From: Terriglobia bacterium
GTDB lineage: Bacteria; Acidobacteriota; Terriglobia; 20CM-2-55-15
Length of the DNA stretch: 64,000 nucleotides
Reading direction: 5' to 3'
NCBI GenBank assembly: GCA_965218585.1
Contig: CBDCLE010000002.1
Location: 448,001 to 512,000, forward strand
In this document: in pieces, positions 10,092 to 20,037 of the stretch
Position numbering within the stretch: the stretch's first letter is position 1
How the letters are laid out: every line of letters begins with the position of its first letter
Made by a program: the position numbers and the translations under genes
Notes under the pieces: model-generated
Told to the model about the DNA's origin: nothing
What the model saw: the letters and a program-made list of their open reading frames with translations, nothing else
The model's database searches: none

Positions 10092-10228
10092 ATGCTTAGG
10101 ATTTGAGCAGTATGAAGGTGAAAAGTGGAGAAAAACTCTTTTCTCGACCTGAATCTGCTGAATCAGGTCCGGATCGACCTGGCCGTTACCGAAGCCCTGA
10201 CGCGTGTCCTGCCGGAGTCGGAATTCTA

Positions 10229-11036
10229 GAGCGTGTTAACACTAATGAGCATGAATGTTTTATAATCAGGCATGGAGATCACACAGGAGCAGTATTGTCG
10301 CATCGAGCCGGAACTGCCGCGTCAGCGGGGCAACGTCAGTCTTTCGAACCTGACGGTCTTGAACGCCATTTTGTATGTGGCTGAGCAGGGCTGCAAGTGG
10401 CGCGGTCTGCCCAAGCGCTTTGGCAACTGGCACACCATCTACACCCGGATGAACCGCTGGTCCAAGAACGGGGTGCTCGACGCCGTCTTCGAAAAACTCC
10501 AGCGCGAGCAACTGGTGCGCATCCGGGTGGAAGCCGTTTCGATGGACTCGACCATTGTGAAGGTGCATCCCGACGGCACGGGAGCGTTAAAAAAAACGGT
10601 CCGCAAGCGATCGGCAAATCCCGCGGTGGATGGACCACCAAGATTCATCTGGTTGCCGCGAATGCTCGAACGGCGATAACGTTTGCGCTCTCGCCCGGCC
10701 AAGCGCACGACGCCCCGCAGGGCCGCGATCTGCTCGCCGGCCTGGGGCCGTTGCCCGCGCCGCTGCCGCTGCTGATGGACCGTGCCTACCAGGACGACCA
10801 GACCCGCCAATTGGCTCTGGATTTTGGGTGGATTCCCGTCGTGCCGCCCAAGCGCAACCGCCTGGAGCCGTGGGAATACGACCGCGTGCTCTACCGCCGC
10901 AGGAACGAAGTCGAGAGGCTCTTCCGCCGACTCAAGGGTTTTCGGCGTATCTTCTCCCGTTTCGATAAACTCGACGTCATGTTCCTCGCCTTCCTTCACT
11001 TCGCACTCATCGTCGAGGCACTACGTTAACACGCTC
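10229..11036 (+). mobile_element. IS5 family insertion sequence (IS427-like)
   Basis: Perfect 12-bp terminal IRs GAGCGTGTTAAC / GTTAACACGCTC, TA on both flanks (CTAG target). Confidence 0.93.
10272..11029 (+). CDS. IS5 family transposase, two ORFs joined by a -1 frameshift
   Basis: ORF A (GCKWRGLPKRFGNWHTIYTRMNRW, MDSTIVKVH) and ORF B (GKSRGGWTTKIH, DRAY, YRRRNEVERLFRRLK); A8 run at 10589-10596 at the junction. Confidence 0.92.
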
Positions 11037-11235
11037 TAGTCATAAACCGCAGGTCGCCGAGTCCGATCTTGCAACAGATATCCAAGAATCCTTCCTCAGA
11101 TTCCCTTTCCGACTGCGATCTGGCATCACACGCAAATCGGTGATAACCTTCCGAAAAGTCTCGGTCTGACCCTGCGATGCGTGCGCGCGCCGGTGTCAGG
11201 CTCGGCCGAGCAATAAGCTTTTTCCGGGAGACAGA

Positions 11236-11694
11236 ATGCCTTACACACTCACGATAAATGGAAACACGACGACCCTCGACGTGCCCGAGAACATGCCTCT
11301 TCTATGGGTGCTTCGCGACGTTCTCAAGATCAAGGGAACGAAGTTTGGTTGCGGTGTGGGTTCATGCGGAGCCTGCACCGTCAATGTCGGAGGTCAAGCC
11401 GTACGTGCCTGTCAGACGCGGGTTTCTACCGTCAGCGCGGCAGTGACAACTCTGGAAGGTCTGTCCGAGGACGGATCTCATCCTCTGCAGCAGGCGTGGA
11501 TGGAATTGGATGTTCCCCAGTGTGGATACTGTCAGGCCGGCCAGATCATGTCGGCTGCAGCGCTGCTGGAGACCACTCCCGACCCGACCGACGAACAGAT
11601 AGACGCGGCGATGGACGGCAACGTCTGCCGCTGCGGGACCTACATGCGCATTCGCCAGGCGATTCACCTCGCTGCGAACGGCCCGAACAGGTAA
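11236..11694 (+). CDS. (2Fe-2S)-binding small subunit, isoquinoline 1-oxidoreductase alpha-like
   Basis: [38 protein letters not shown]. Confidence 0.93.
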   Translation: MPYTLTINGNTTTLDVPENMPLLWVLRDVLKIKGTKFGCGVGSCGACTVNVGGQAVRACQTRVSTVSAAVTTLEGLSEDGSHPLQQAWMELDVPQCGYCQAGQIMSAAALLETTPDPTDEQIDAAMDGNVCRCGTYMRIRQAIHLAANGPNR

Positions 11695-11704
11695 GGGGGC
11701 GATT

Positions 11705-13963
11705 ATGAAAGCGAAAACAAAGAAAACACAGATCGATCGCCGCACTTTCCTGAAAGCAACGACGTTGGCCGGCGGCGGCGTTATGCTCGGCCTGTATACC
11801 ACGACAGACGTTCTGTCCCAGGGCCGGGGTGGCCGGGGTGGGCAGCCCCAGGCCCCACCGACTCCAGACACATACATCACGATCAATCCCGACAACACGT
11901 TCACGATCATCGCCAAGAACCCGGAAACCGGCCAGGGCATCAAGAACACGTTGCCCATGATCGTTGCCGATGAGTTCGACGTGGACTGGGAGCAGGTGGT
12001 AGTTCAGCAGGCTGATCTGGACCCGAAATATGGAAGGCAGATCGAGGGCGGCAGCACGGCTATTCCCCAAAACTACGACACGATGCGCCAGGTTGGGGCG
12101 ACCGGACGCGCTTTGATGGTCGAAGCCGCGGCCCAGACATTGAACGTTCCTGCCAGGGAACTCACGACAGGCTCGGGCGTTGTCACACACCGAGCATCCG
12201 GGCGAAACGCCACCTACGCTTCACTGGCTGGGGCAGCGGCAGCAATGACGCCGCCGACGGGTGTTGATCTGAAAGACCCTGCGGACTTCAAGATCATCGG
12301 ACAGTCCATCCCCGGAGTGGAAAACTTCGAGATCGTTACCGGGAAACCCATCTTCAGCATCGACGTCGAGCCCGAAGGCATGCTCTATGCCGCTTTCCAG
12401 AGATGTCCGGTGTTTGGCGGGATTGCCGTAGACGCGAATCTGGATGAGATCGGGGCGCTTCCCGGCATTCGGCATGCGTTCATCGTGGATGCAGCTGGAG
12501 AAGGCCGCAACACTCTCGATTCGGGCGTGGCGATCGTTGCCGACATGTGGTGGCAAGCCAATATGGCCCGCAATCAGCTACAGGTAAACTGGGACGAAGG
12601 TCCTGTTGCAGGAGAAAGCAGCACGGGGTACGAGGCCCAGGCCCAGGGTCTGTCTTCGAGGGCATCCCAACCACCCGCGGGTGGAGGCCGAGGCGACGCC
12701 AACATTGGCGACGTCGAAACCGCCTTCGCGAACGCTGCCCAAGTCGTGGAAGCCGAGTATTACTTCCCGCTGTTGTCCCACGCGCCGCTCGAGCCGCAGA
12801 ACTCAACGGCTCATTTCAAGGAAGACGGCACACTGGAAATCTGGTCGCCGAGTCAGATCCCCAATCTTGCTGCACCGGCTCTGGGAGCCGGTATCGATAA
12901 CTCCGCTGTAACGATGCACATGGTGAGGGCCGGCGGTGGTTTCGGACGGCGTCTGACCAGCGACTACGACGTCCAGGTCGGCAAGATCGCGCGGGTCGTT
13001 ACCGACGAACGTGCGGGGGCAGGGCTGCCCAGCGTTCCCGTGAAGCTCTTGTGGACACGGGAAGACGACATGGCTCACGACCAGTACAGGCCCGCAGGCT
13101 TTCACCACTTCAAGGCAGGTCTGGACCGAAACGGGAGAGTTACCGCTTTCCGCGATTTCGTACCGAGCGTCAGCTCGGTTGTGCCCGCCAACGAATTCCC
13201 CAGGGGATACGTGCCCAACTTCATGACGAGTTCGGCCGACATCACCCCTTTCAGTATTCCGACAGGCGCCATGCGGGCGCCGAGTACCAACGGGATCTCC
13301 TTCGTCATGCAGTCGTTCATCGATGAATTGGCGGTGGCTGCTGGACAGGATCCACTGCAGTTCCGTTTGGACATGTTGGCCAATCCGGTGCCGGAAGCCG
13401 ACCCCGGGGGCGATGGCTTTGGCGGGCGGTTCAACGGGGAGCGTGCAGCCGGAGTCGTTCGGGCGGTGAGAGACATGTCGGATTGGGACAATGTCCGTAC
13501 CAGTCTTCCAGACGGGCGGGGAATGGGCGTGGCCTTCCAGTTTGCACACGCCGGATACTTCGCCTGGGTTGTAGATCTGAGCGTCGGCGAGAACAGGCGG
13601 TTGACCATTCACAGGGCATGGTGTGCGGGGGACATCGGACGTCAAATCGTCAATCCCAGCCGGGCACGCAACCTTGTCGAGGGTGGGTTCATCGAAGCCC
13701 TCAGTCACATGATGGCCTGGGAGATCACCATCGAAGGGGGAAGTGTCCAGCAGAGCAATTTCCCCCAATATCAGCCCACGCGAATGTCGCACGCGCCGGC
13801 GGAAATCGGCGTCCGGTTCCTGGAGACTGATTTCAGCCTCACTGGACTGGGCGAACCGGCTCTCCCGCCGGCCGTTCCAGCAGTCTCGAATGCGATCTTT
13901 GATGCGTCGGGTGTCCGCGTCCGCTCGCTTCCGCTCATGAAGGAAGGGTACGGCTGGACGTAG
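11705..13963 (+). CDS. Xanthine dehydrogenase-family molybdopterin subunit (IorB-like), Tat-exported
   Basis: DRRTFLK Tat motif, PETGQG, HAPLEPQN, GGGFGRR, WTREDDM, GLGEPALPP. Confidence 0.92.
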   Translation: MKAKTKKTQIDRRTFLKATTLAGGGVMLGLYTTTDVLSQGRGGRGGQPQAPPTPDTYITINPDNTFTIIAKNPETGQGIKNTLPMIVADEFDVDWEQVVVQQADLDPKYGRQIEGGSTAIPQNYDTMRQVGATGRALMVEAAAQTLNVPARELTTGSGVVTHRASGRNATYASLAGAAAAMTPPTGVDLKDPADFKIIGQSIPGVENFEIVTGKPIFSIDVEPEGMLYAAFQRCPVFGGIAVDANLDEIGALPGIRHAFIVDAAGEGRNTLDSGVAIVADMWWQANMARNQLQVNWDEGPVAGESSTGYEAQAQGLSSRASQPPAGGGRGDANIGDVETAFANAAQVVEAEYYFPLLSHAPLEPQNSTAHFKEDGTLEIWSPSQIPNLAAPALGAGIDNSAVTMHMVRAGGGFGRRLTSDYDVQVGKIARVVTDERAGAGLPSVPVKLLWTREDDMAHDQYRPAGFHHFKAGLDRNGRVTAFRDFVPSVSSVVPANEFPRGYVPNFMTSSADITPFSIPTGAMRAPSTNGISFVMQSFIDELAVAAGQDPLQFRLDMLANPVPEADPGGDGFGGRFNGERAAGVVRAVRDMSDWDNVRTSLPDGRGMGVAFQFAHAGYFAWVVDLSVGENRRLTIHRAWCAGDIGRQIVNPSRARNLVEGGFIEALSHMMAWEITIEGGSVQQSNFPQYQPTRMSHAPAEIGVRFLETDFSLTGLGEPALPPAVPAVSNAIFDASGVRVRSLPLMKEGYGWT

Positions 13964-14006
13964 GGGTTAACCCTCGGCTGTCAGTTGATAGTTGAATTTT
14001 CATCAG

Positions 14007-14056
14007 GGGCGGAGGCGGATTTCTGAATCGAGTGGAATCCGCCCCGTCCTTTTTTT
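14007..14056 (+). terminator. Probable intrinsic terminator after the iorB-like gene
   Basis: GGCGGATT/AATCCGCC GC-rich stem followed by T7. Confidence 0.65.
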
Positions 14057-14063
14057 GAAGCTA

Positions 14064-14435
14064 ATGAAGAGTTGGAACAGGGTATTGCCGCTGCTGCTCG
14101 TTCTTGTAATGGCTTCGTGTGCGCCGGGGACTGAAGCCATAATGCCAACCGTCACGATCTCTCCCGAGCGTGTTTCCGTTCTCGGGCACACGGCCGTCCA
14201 GGGGATGGGTTTCACACCTAATCAGAATGTGACCTCGCATCTTCTCAGGCCCGATGGGACCGAGTTTCCGGTTCTGCCGATTCTTACCGACGCTCAAGGT
14301 GAGTTTAAACACGACATCGACACGCTGGTGCTCTCAGTCGGTATGCACGAACTGTGGGTCGTAGATGACGTGACGAACGTATCTTCGAACGTCGCGCGAT
14401 TCCAGGTGACCCGCGACCAGCCGCCGGCTGAATAG
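14064..14435 (+). CDS. Hypothetical lipoprotein
   Basis: ATG 14064: MKSWNRVLPLLLVLVMASC lipobox-like signal, beta-rich body. Confidence 0.6.
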   Translation: MKSWNRVLPLLLVLVMASCAPGTEAIMPTVTISPERVSVLGHTAVQGMGFTPNQNVTSHLLRPDGTEFPVLPILTDAQGEFKHDIDTLVLSVGMHELWVVDDVTNVSSNVARFQVTRDQPPAE

Positions 14436-14463
14436 ACGACAACGAACTCAAGAGGACATAAAA

Positions 14464-15048
14464 ATGGCTTTCATTCGACTAGTCGAAAAGGATGAGGTTC
14501 CACCCGAAGTACGGGCTGTTTTTGAATCGGGCGAGGAGAGATACGGAAAGGTCTTGAACACGTGGCGTGCCGTTGCCCACAACCCGGGCGTGTTTCAAGC
14601 CTACCTCCCTTACCTGATGGCGGTCTTCGGACCCGGTGCCGTCAATCAACGTATCAAAGATCTGACGGCGGTCCGCGTCGGCCTCCTCAATCACTGTCGT
14701 TACACTGTAAGTCATCGAGTGAACTCGTCACGGGCTCAGGGCATTCCCGACGCCGATCTGATCGGCTTGCTCAATCCCCAGGAGCATGACTTTTCGGCTG
14801 CCGAGAAAGCGGCGATCGCTTTTGCCGAAGAACTGACGACCGAGGTTGACGACATCAGCTACGCCGATAACCCACAGGGCGTCAGTGCTGGAACCCTCAA
14901 GGGGCTCAAGGAACACTATTCGGATACCGAGATTGCCGAACTGACGCTTTCGATCAGCCTCTGGAACGCCTTGACCCGCTTCCATCGCGTCATGGACCTG
15001 GAACTGGACATGCCGGCGCCACCCCCGGAGTTGGATTCGGCGCTTTGA
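14464..15048 (+). CDS. Carboxymuconolactone decarboxylase/AhpD family protein
   Basis: AHNP, KDLTAVRVGLLNHCRYTVSHR, EKAAIAFAEELT, LWNALTRF. Confidence 0.85.
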   Translation: MAFIRLVEKDEVPPEVRAVFESGEERYGKVLNTWRAVAHNPGVFQAYLPYLMAVFGPGAVNQRIKDLTAVRVGLLNHCRYTVSHRVNSSRAQGIPDADLIGLLNPQEHDFSAAEKAAIAFAEELTTEVDDISYADNPQGVSAGTLKGLKEHYSDTEIAELTLSISLWNALTRFHRVMDLELDMPAPPPELDSAL

Positions 15049-15110
15049 TCCCGGCTGCGATTCCGTCCGGGCACGAAGACGACCCTGCGACGATGCGAGA
15101 GAGGTGAAGG

Positions 15111-16037
15111 ATGATCAAGATCAGGGACGTTGCTTATGTTCGGTTGCGTGCGCCCGATCTGGACAAGATGGAAGAATTCCTGACCGATTTCGGCATGGTG
15201 CCCTCGGCCCGCACCGAGAATGCCCTGTACATGCGCGGCACTGATCAGGCTCACCACATCCATATTACCGAGCGCGGCGACCCGAAATTTGTGGGGATCG
15301 GCTTCTACGCCGCCTCGGAGGATGATCTGGTGACGTTGAGTCAGGCCGACGGGTCGAGCACGGTGCACGATATCGAGGAGCCGGGGGGCGGCAAGCGCGT
15401 TCAACTCACCGACCCGGACGGAAACCTGGTTGAGGTGATTTACGGCATCGAGACAGCGGCCGAAATGCCGGTTTCACAGGCACAGACGCCGAATTTCGGC
15501 ACGGGGCGCAACCGCTTCGGAGAATTCGTACGCAACGAAAAGGGTCCGGCCCAGGTCAAAAGGCTGGGCCATGTCCTCCTGGTGACGCCTCAGTTACCGG
15601 CTCTGACCGACTTCTATCGCGGCCATCTTGGTCTGCTGCCGTCGGATGAAGTCTACGATGGGGACAAATCCAACCTTGTCGCCACCTTCAACCGGGTCGA
15701 CCGGGGGGACGAATATGTCGATCACCATACCCTGGTCCCGGTTGCCCATCCGGAAAAAGCCGGCCTGCAGCATGCCGCTTTCGAGGTCGAGAACATCGAC
15801 GCCGAGATGCTTGGCCATGAGCATCTGAGGGCTAAGGGCTATCGCCACAGTTGGGGGATCGGGCGTCATTTTATGGGCAGCCAGATTTTTGATTATTGGT
15901 ACGATCCTTACGGCTTTATGGTCGAGCATTTCATCGACGGGGACATGCTCAATGCCGAAGCCGAACCGGGTCTCGGATCGCTGGATACCGCTTTGGGCGT
16001 CCAGTGGGGCCCGGCGGTTCCCGAAGATTTTCTCTGA
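15111..16037 (+). CDS. VOC family protein, putative extradiol ring-cleavage dioxygenase
   Basis: Two VOC domains; LGHVLL, DHH, QHAAFEV, WGIGRH..GSQIFDYWYDPYGFMVEH. Confidence 0.85.
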   Translation: MIKIRDVAYVRLRAPDLDKMEEFLTDFGMVPSARTENALYMRGTDQAHHIHITERGDPKFVGIGFYAASEDDLVTLSQADGSSTVHDIEEPGGGKRVQLTDPDGNLVEVIYGIETAAEMPVSQAQTPNFGTGRNRFGEFVRNEKGPAQVKRLGHVLLVTPQLPALTDFYRGHLGLLPSDEVYDGDKSNLVATFNRVDRGDEYVDHHTLVPVAHPEKAGLQHAAFEVENIDAEMLGHEHLRAKGYRHSWGIGRHFMGSQIFDYWYDPYGFMVEHFIDGDMLNAEAEPGLGSLDTALGVQWGPAVPEDFL

Positions 16038-16045
16038 GAAAGAGG

Positions 16046-18106
16046 TTAGTCCTGTCGATCCTGGTATTCGTCTCTTAGAAGTCGCCGCATCACTTTGTTC
16101 GAGGCGGTCCTGGGCAGTTCATCTGCAAGTACTACATCCACGATTGAGAAAAGAGGATTCAGTTGTTGACGTACTTGCTTCTGCAATTCGGACTTTAACT
16201 CACCCGCATCGTTCCATCTGTCTGTTTCTCTCACCGCGTAGACTATGAGCTGGCTTGTCCCCCCTTCCTTGGGTGCCACTGCGATTGCCGCTGTTTCGAC
16301 AATGCCGTCAGCCCGATTCATGACGCCTTCAAGCTCGACCGAACTTACTTTGATTCCCCCCAGGTTCATCGTGTCATCGGCTCTTCCCAGGGCTTTGAAA
16401 TACGTCCCCGGCAAGGCCTGCATTTGATCTCCGTGACGGCGCAGAGGCGTTCCGTCGCTTCCGGTCGGGCAACCTTGGAAATAGACCGCATGGTGATCCT
16501 GATTCAAGAGCTCGGTGGACAGTCCAAGCGAAGGCGGAACCAGGAAAACCTCTCCCGTTCCCGAGTCCTGGCCGTCTTCGTCCAAAACCCGGAAGTCTGT
16601 ACCGACTGCTTTGGCTGAAAAGTAAGACGGGCAGTTGGGCTGAATCACCGTCGAAGACACGTAACCGCCACCGACTTCAGTTCCCCCGCAGTATTCAATG
16701 ACCGGTTTGTACCCCGCCAACGACATCAAAAAGAGCATGTCGTCGCTGTTTGAAGACTCTCCTGTTGAACTGAACGCTTTGATGTGGCTCCAATCCAGTC
16801 CTGCCATACACCCGCTGTTTTTCCATGCCTTGACCAGGCTTGGAACCACGCCCAGCAGGTTCACGCTGGCGGTTTGAACAAAGATCCCGAACTCACGCGT
16901 GTGAGGCGCTCCATCGTAAAGAGCGATACAGCCCTTGTTGATGAGGGCTGCGAATATCAACCACGGTCCCATCATCCAGCCGACATTGGTCGGCCAGGCG
17001 AAGACGTCACCCGGCTGTATGTTCTGGTGAACGAATCCGTCCAGCGCACACCGGATCGGTGTTGTGTGATTCCACGGAATGGCCTTGGGCTCACCCGTTG
17101 TACCGGAGGAAAACAGAATGTTGATCGCGTCGGACGGATCACACTCGACCGTTTCGAATTCTTCCGTCGTCGAGAGAAAGTCATTGAAGTCCATGTCCCC
17201 GCTTCGAAGCTCTGCGTCCGGAGGCCTTCCGGCCCGAAGAACAATGGCGGCGGGGGCTTTGGCGTCCAGAACCTTTTGGTACAAGGGGAGTGTCTTTCCC
17301 TGACGCAGGATGACGTCTTCGGTGAAAATGGCTTTTGCGCCCGATATTCGAAGTCGGGTCTCTATCTCCCGAGCGGCGAAACTATCGGCGACAGAAACGA
17401 CACACATTCCAGCTCTGACAATGCCCAGGTAAATGGCCACACAATTTGCCGTCATCGGCATGTCGATGGCGACGGCGTCGCCCGCTTTCAGACCCATTTC
17501 CATCAATCCGTTGGCAACGCGTCCGGACAGGGCTTTGAGTTCACCTAATGACCAGCCCTCGATGGGTGCGTTTTCTCCACCCGCGGGCTGAAACACGATG
17601 GCGGTTCGTTCTGAATCCTGTTCCAGTTCCGTGTCCAGAGCGCTGTCGACGATATTCATCCTGGCCCCCTTGAACCAGGAGGGACGCTCTACCCCTTTTG
17701 CGACATCCAATGTCTGGTCAAATTTCTTTCGAAACCGGATATCGAGTGTCTCTACGGTGAGTCGGAGAAATTCGTCCGGCTGACGTAAGCTGAAGTCGTG
17801 AAACTCCGAATAACTCCCCAGGCCCAATTCCTTTAGCCATTTCCCCAGGTTCGTCTCCGGAACTGCCTTCGGGCTCACGGCCGGGGGCGGGCCACGCTCG
17901 GGGTCCCATTGCCGGTAGTTCTCCCGAAAGAGATCCCTGTGTAGTTCGAACGGGTCAGACGTCTTAAGGATGCTTTTCGAAACGCTATCCCACCTATGGG
18001 CGGGATCGTGGAGGGTTGCTAGGTTTCCGAGCTGACTCTTGATTACAGCCGCTCTTTTTTGGGACACTGCGGAGTATTTGATCGACGGATGTTCGAACCA
18101 GCTCAT
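16046..18106 (-). CDS. AMP-binding acyl-CoA synthetase
   Basis: ILFSSGTTGEPKAI AMP loop, EYCGGTEVGG, GRADDTMNLGGIKV, LPRTASNKVMRR. Confidence 0.92.
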   Translation of the reverse strand: MSWFEHPSIKYSAVSQKRAAVIKSQLGNLATLHDPAHRWDSVSKSILKTSDPFELHRDLFRENYRQWDPERGPPPAVSPKAVPETNLGKWLKELGLGSYSEFHDFSLRQPDEFLRLTVETLDIRFRKKFDQTLDVAKGVERPSWFKGARMNIVDSALDTELEQDSERTAIVFQPAGGENAPIEGWSLGELKALSGRVANGLMEMGLKAGDAVAIDMPMTANCVAIYLGIVRAGMCVVSVADSFAAREIETRLRISGAKAIFTEDVILRQGKTLPLYQKVLDAKAPAAIVLRAGRPPDAELRSGDMDFNDFLSTTEEFETVECDPSDAINILFSSGTTGEPKAIPWNHTTPIRCALDGFVHQNIQPGDVFAWPTNVGWMMGPWLIFAALINKGCIALYDGAPHTREFGIFVQTASVNLLGVVPSLVKAWKNSGCMAGLDWSHIKAFSSTGESSNSDDMLFLMSLAGYKPVIEYCGGTEVGGGYVSSTVIQPNCPSYFSAKAVGTDFRVLDEDGQDSGTGEVFLVPPSLGLSTELLNQDHHAVYFQGCPTGSDGTPLRRHGDQMQALPGTYFKALGRADDTMNLGGIKVSSVELEGVMNRADGIVETAAIAVAPKEGGTSQLIVYAVRETDRWNDAGELKSELQKQVRQQLNPLFSIVDVVLADELPRTASNKVMRRLLRDEYQDRQD

Positions 18107-18210
18107 GTGTGATCGAGGGCAGCATACCTGTTTGGATTAAGAACCGAAACCTGCATTCCTTCGATCATCGACGCTTTGCCTTGCTGAATACCGAAGACGT
18201 TCGTCTTATC

Positions 18211-18258
18211 ACTTTGTCGTACAAAGTACTTGACACAAGGAAGCCGTCGCCTTACCTT
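18211..18258 (+). promoter_or_regulatory. Operator-like palindrome plus sigma70-type promoter
   Basis: ACTTTG-N5-CAAAGT (18211-18227), TTGACA (18230-18235), 17-nt spacer, TACCTT (18253-18258), then 7 nt to ATG 18266. Confidence 0.7.
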
Positions 18259-18265
18259 CGATTGC

Positions 18266-18883
18266 ATGGAGACATCGCATCTGGGTTCGTCCGGCGTAGA
18301 TTTGCCTGTGGGTCTGGATGCCCGTGCGGCCGCTAACCTAAACTTCATCCGGCACACGATGGAGCGCTCGGCCGTGTTCACGTCTCTTCCTGGCCGTGGA
18401 GCTATTCTGATCGGCGTGACTGCCCTTGGTGCATCCTGGATCGCTTCGCGTCAAGCAGAATTCACTGCATGGCTTGGTATATGGTTTGTAGAAGCCGCCG
18501 TGGCGATTCTGATCGCAACTGCGACAACGCTTCCCAAAGTCCATCGGCTGGAGACACCCGCTACTTTGCGCCCGCTGCGCAATTTTGCGCTTGGGATGGC
18601 GCCACCGTTTCTGGCCGCCGGTGTCCTTACCTGGGCGATCGCACGGGCCGAGCAGTTCGATTGGGTCATTCCGGGCATGTGGCTGCTTCTATACGGCTGC
18701 GGCATCGCAACCGGGGGCGCTTTTTCGGTTCGGATTGTGCCGGTAATGGGCGTGTGCTTTATGGTTATGGGCACTGTGGCCTTGTTTGTACCGTCGACTC
18801 TGCACGACATTCTGCTCGCTATCGGATTCGGCGGGTTGCACATCGTGTTCGGGGTGATCATCACACGGAGGTATGGTGGCTAG
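18266..18883 (+). CDS. Hypothetical multi-pass membrane protein
   Basis: About 6-7 hydrophobic segments; NLNFIRHTMERS, PGMWLLLYG, GFGGLHIVFG..I.RRYGG. Confidence 0.8.
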   Translation: METSHLGSSGVDLPVGLDARAAANLNFIRHTMERSAVFTSLPGRGAILIGVTALGASWIASRQAEFTAWLGIWFVEAAVAILIATATTLPKVHRLETPATLRPLRNFALGMAPPFLAAGVLTWAIARAEQFDWVIPGMWLLLYGCGIATGGAFSVRIVPVMGVCFMVMGTVALFVPSTLHDILLAIGFGGLHIVFGVIITRRYGG

Positions 18884-19262
18884 CTCTGGGACGGTTCGAA
18901 AGCATCCAAAAGCCGAGGCGCACACCCAAACGCCTCGAAAGCGGCCCTCGCGCGACGGACGAAAAGCTCTGGATCTGGACCGCCTGATTCATGAACGCAC
19001 TCGCCTGGCCATCGTCAGCGCACTGGCGGCCAGGGCCCAGCTTTCGTTCAGCGAACTGAAGAAGCTTCTCGATCTGACGGACGGAAATCTGAGCGTCCAT
19101 TGCCGCAAGCTCGAGGACGCTCACTATGTCGACTGCGAAAAAGTGTTCGACCGGCGGGTACCCAAGACCATTTATAGGCTGACTGCGAAAGGACGCCGCG
19201 CGCTGAAGCGCTACCTGACTCACATGGAAGCCTTGATCGCTTCCGCACGGCTACCAGAGTAA
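18873..19262 (+). CDS. Winged-helix transcriptional regulator (MarR/ArsR-like)
   Basis: LDRLIHERTRLAIVSAL, LTDGNLSVHCRKLEDA, YRLTAKGRRAL. Confidence 0.9.
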   Translation: MVASSGTVRKHPKAEAHTQTPRKRPSRDGRKALDLDRLIHERTRLAIVSALAARAQLSFSELKKLLDLTDGNLSVHCRKLEDAHYVDCEKVFDRRVPKTIYRLTAKGRRALKRYLTHMEALIASARLPE

Positions 19263-19272
19263 ATTCTCGCCT

Positions 19273-20037
19273 ATGGACTTTACGACAACAAGTACTTTAC
19301 GCAGCATCTTTCAGACGCCCCATCTGGCCATCATCATGGATGGCAACGGCCGCTGGGCCCAGCACCGCGGTCAACCCCGCGAGGCAGGGCATCTGGCAGG
19401 TGTCCAGGCGGTGCGGCGCACCGTGGAGGGCGCGTTGGATCTCGGAATCGGAGTGCTCACTCTCTATGCTTTCTCAGCGGACAACTGGAAACGTCCCAAG
19501 GCGGAAACCAGCCGCCTGATGGATCTGTTCCTCCACTTCCTTCAGGCGGAAACCTCGGCCTGTGTGGACCACGGAATCCGCGTGAAGGTGTTTGGGAGAA
19601 GGGACCGCCTCGGTGCGTCTCTCCGGGAGGCCATTGAAGACGTGGAGAACATCACCGCGAACTGTCGGAACCTTTGCCTGAGGCTCGCTTTTGATTACTC
19701 CGCTCGAGACACCATCGCGCGGGCAGTCCGGGTCCTCTCGACCCACGCCTCATTTGATCGCGGCTCCGACTACGGTTCAGTGAGGAGAGCCGTTCGCGAA
19801 GCGTCTCACGACACGATCGTTCCGCCCGTCGACCTCTTGATTCGTACGGGTGGGGAACAGAGGCTCAGCGATCTGTTCGGACCCGAGTGCGCTCACGCCG
19901 AGATTCTGTTTACCAGAACGATGTGGCCGGATTTTGGGAAAGCCGACCTCGGTGAATCGCTGGCCGAGTTTCGTCGGCGCGAGCGGAGGTTTGGAGCTCT
20001 CCCCAGCCCGGCTCCCAGTGTCCTACGTCTCGAATGA
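19273..20037 (+). CDS. uppS: cis-Prenyltransferase / undecaprenyl diphosphate synthase homolog
   Basis: HLAIIMDGNGRWA, GHLAG, TLYAFSADNWKRP, DLLIRTGGEQRLSD, RRERRFG. Confidence 0.92.
   Translation: MDFTTTSTLRSIFQTPHLAIIMDGNGRWAQHRGQPREAGHLAGVQAVRRTVEGALDLGIGVLTLYAFSADNWKRPKAETSRLMDLFLHFLQAETSACVDHGIRVKVFGRRDRLGASLREAIEDVENITANCRNLCLRLAFDYSARDTIARAVRVLSTHASFDRGSDYGSVRRAVREASHDTIVPPVDLLIRTGGEQRLSDLFGPECAHAEILFTRTMWPDFGKADLGESLAEFRRRERRFGALPSPAPSVLRLE

Noticed and set aside
11160-11210. Moco riboswitch upstream of the molybdoenzyme genes
   Set aside because: A GC-rich hairpin is possible but I cannot match the motif's conserved elements
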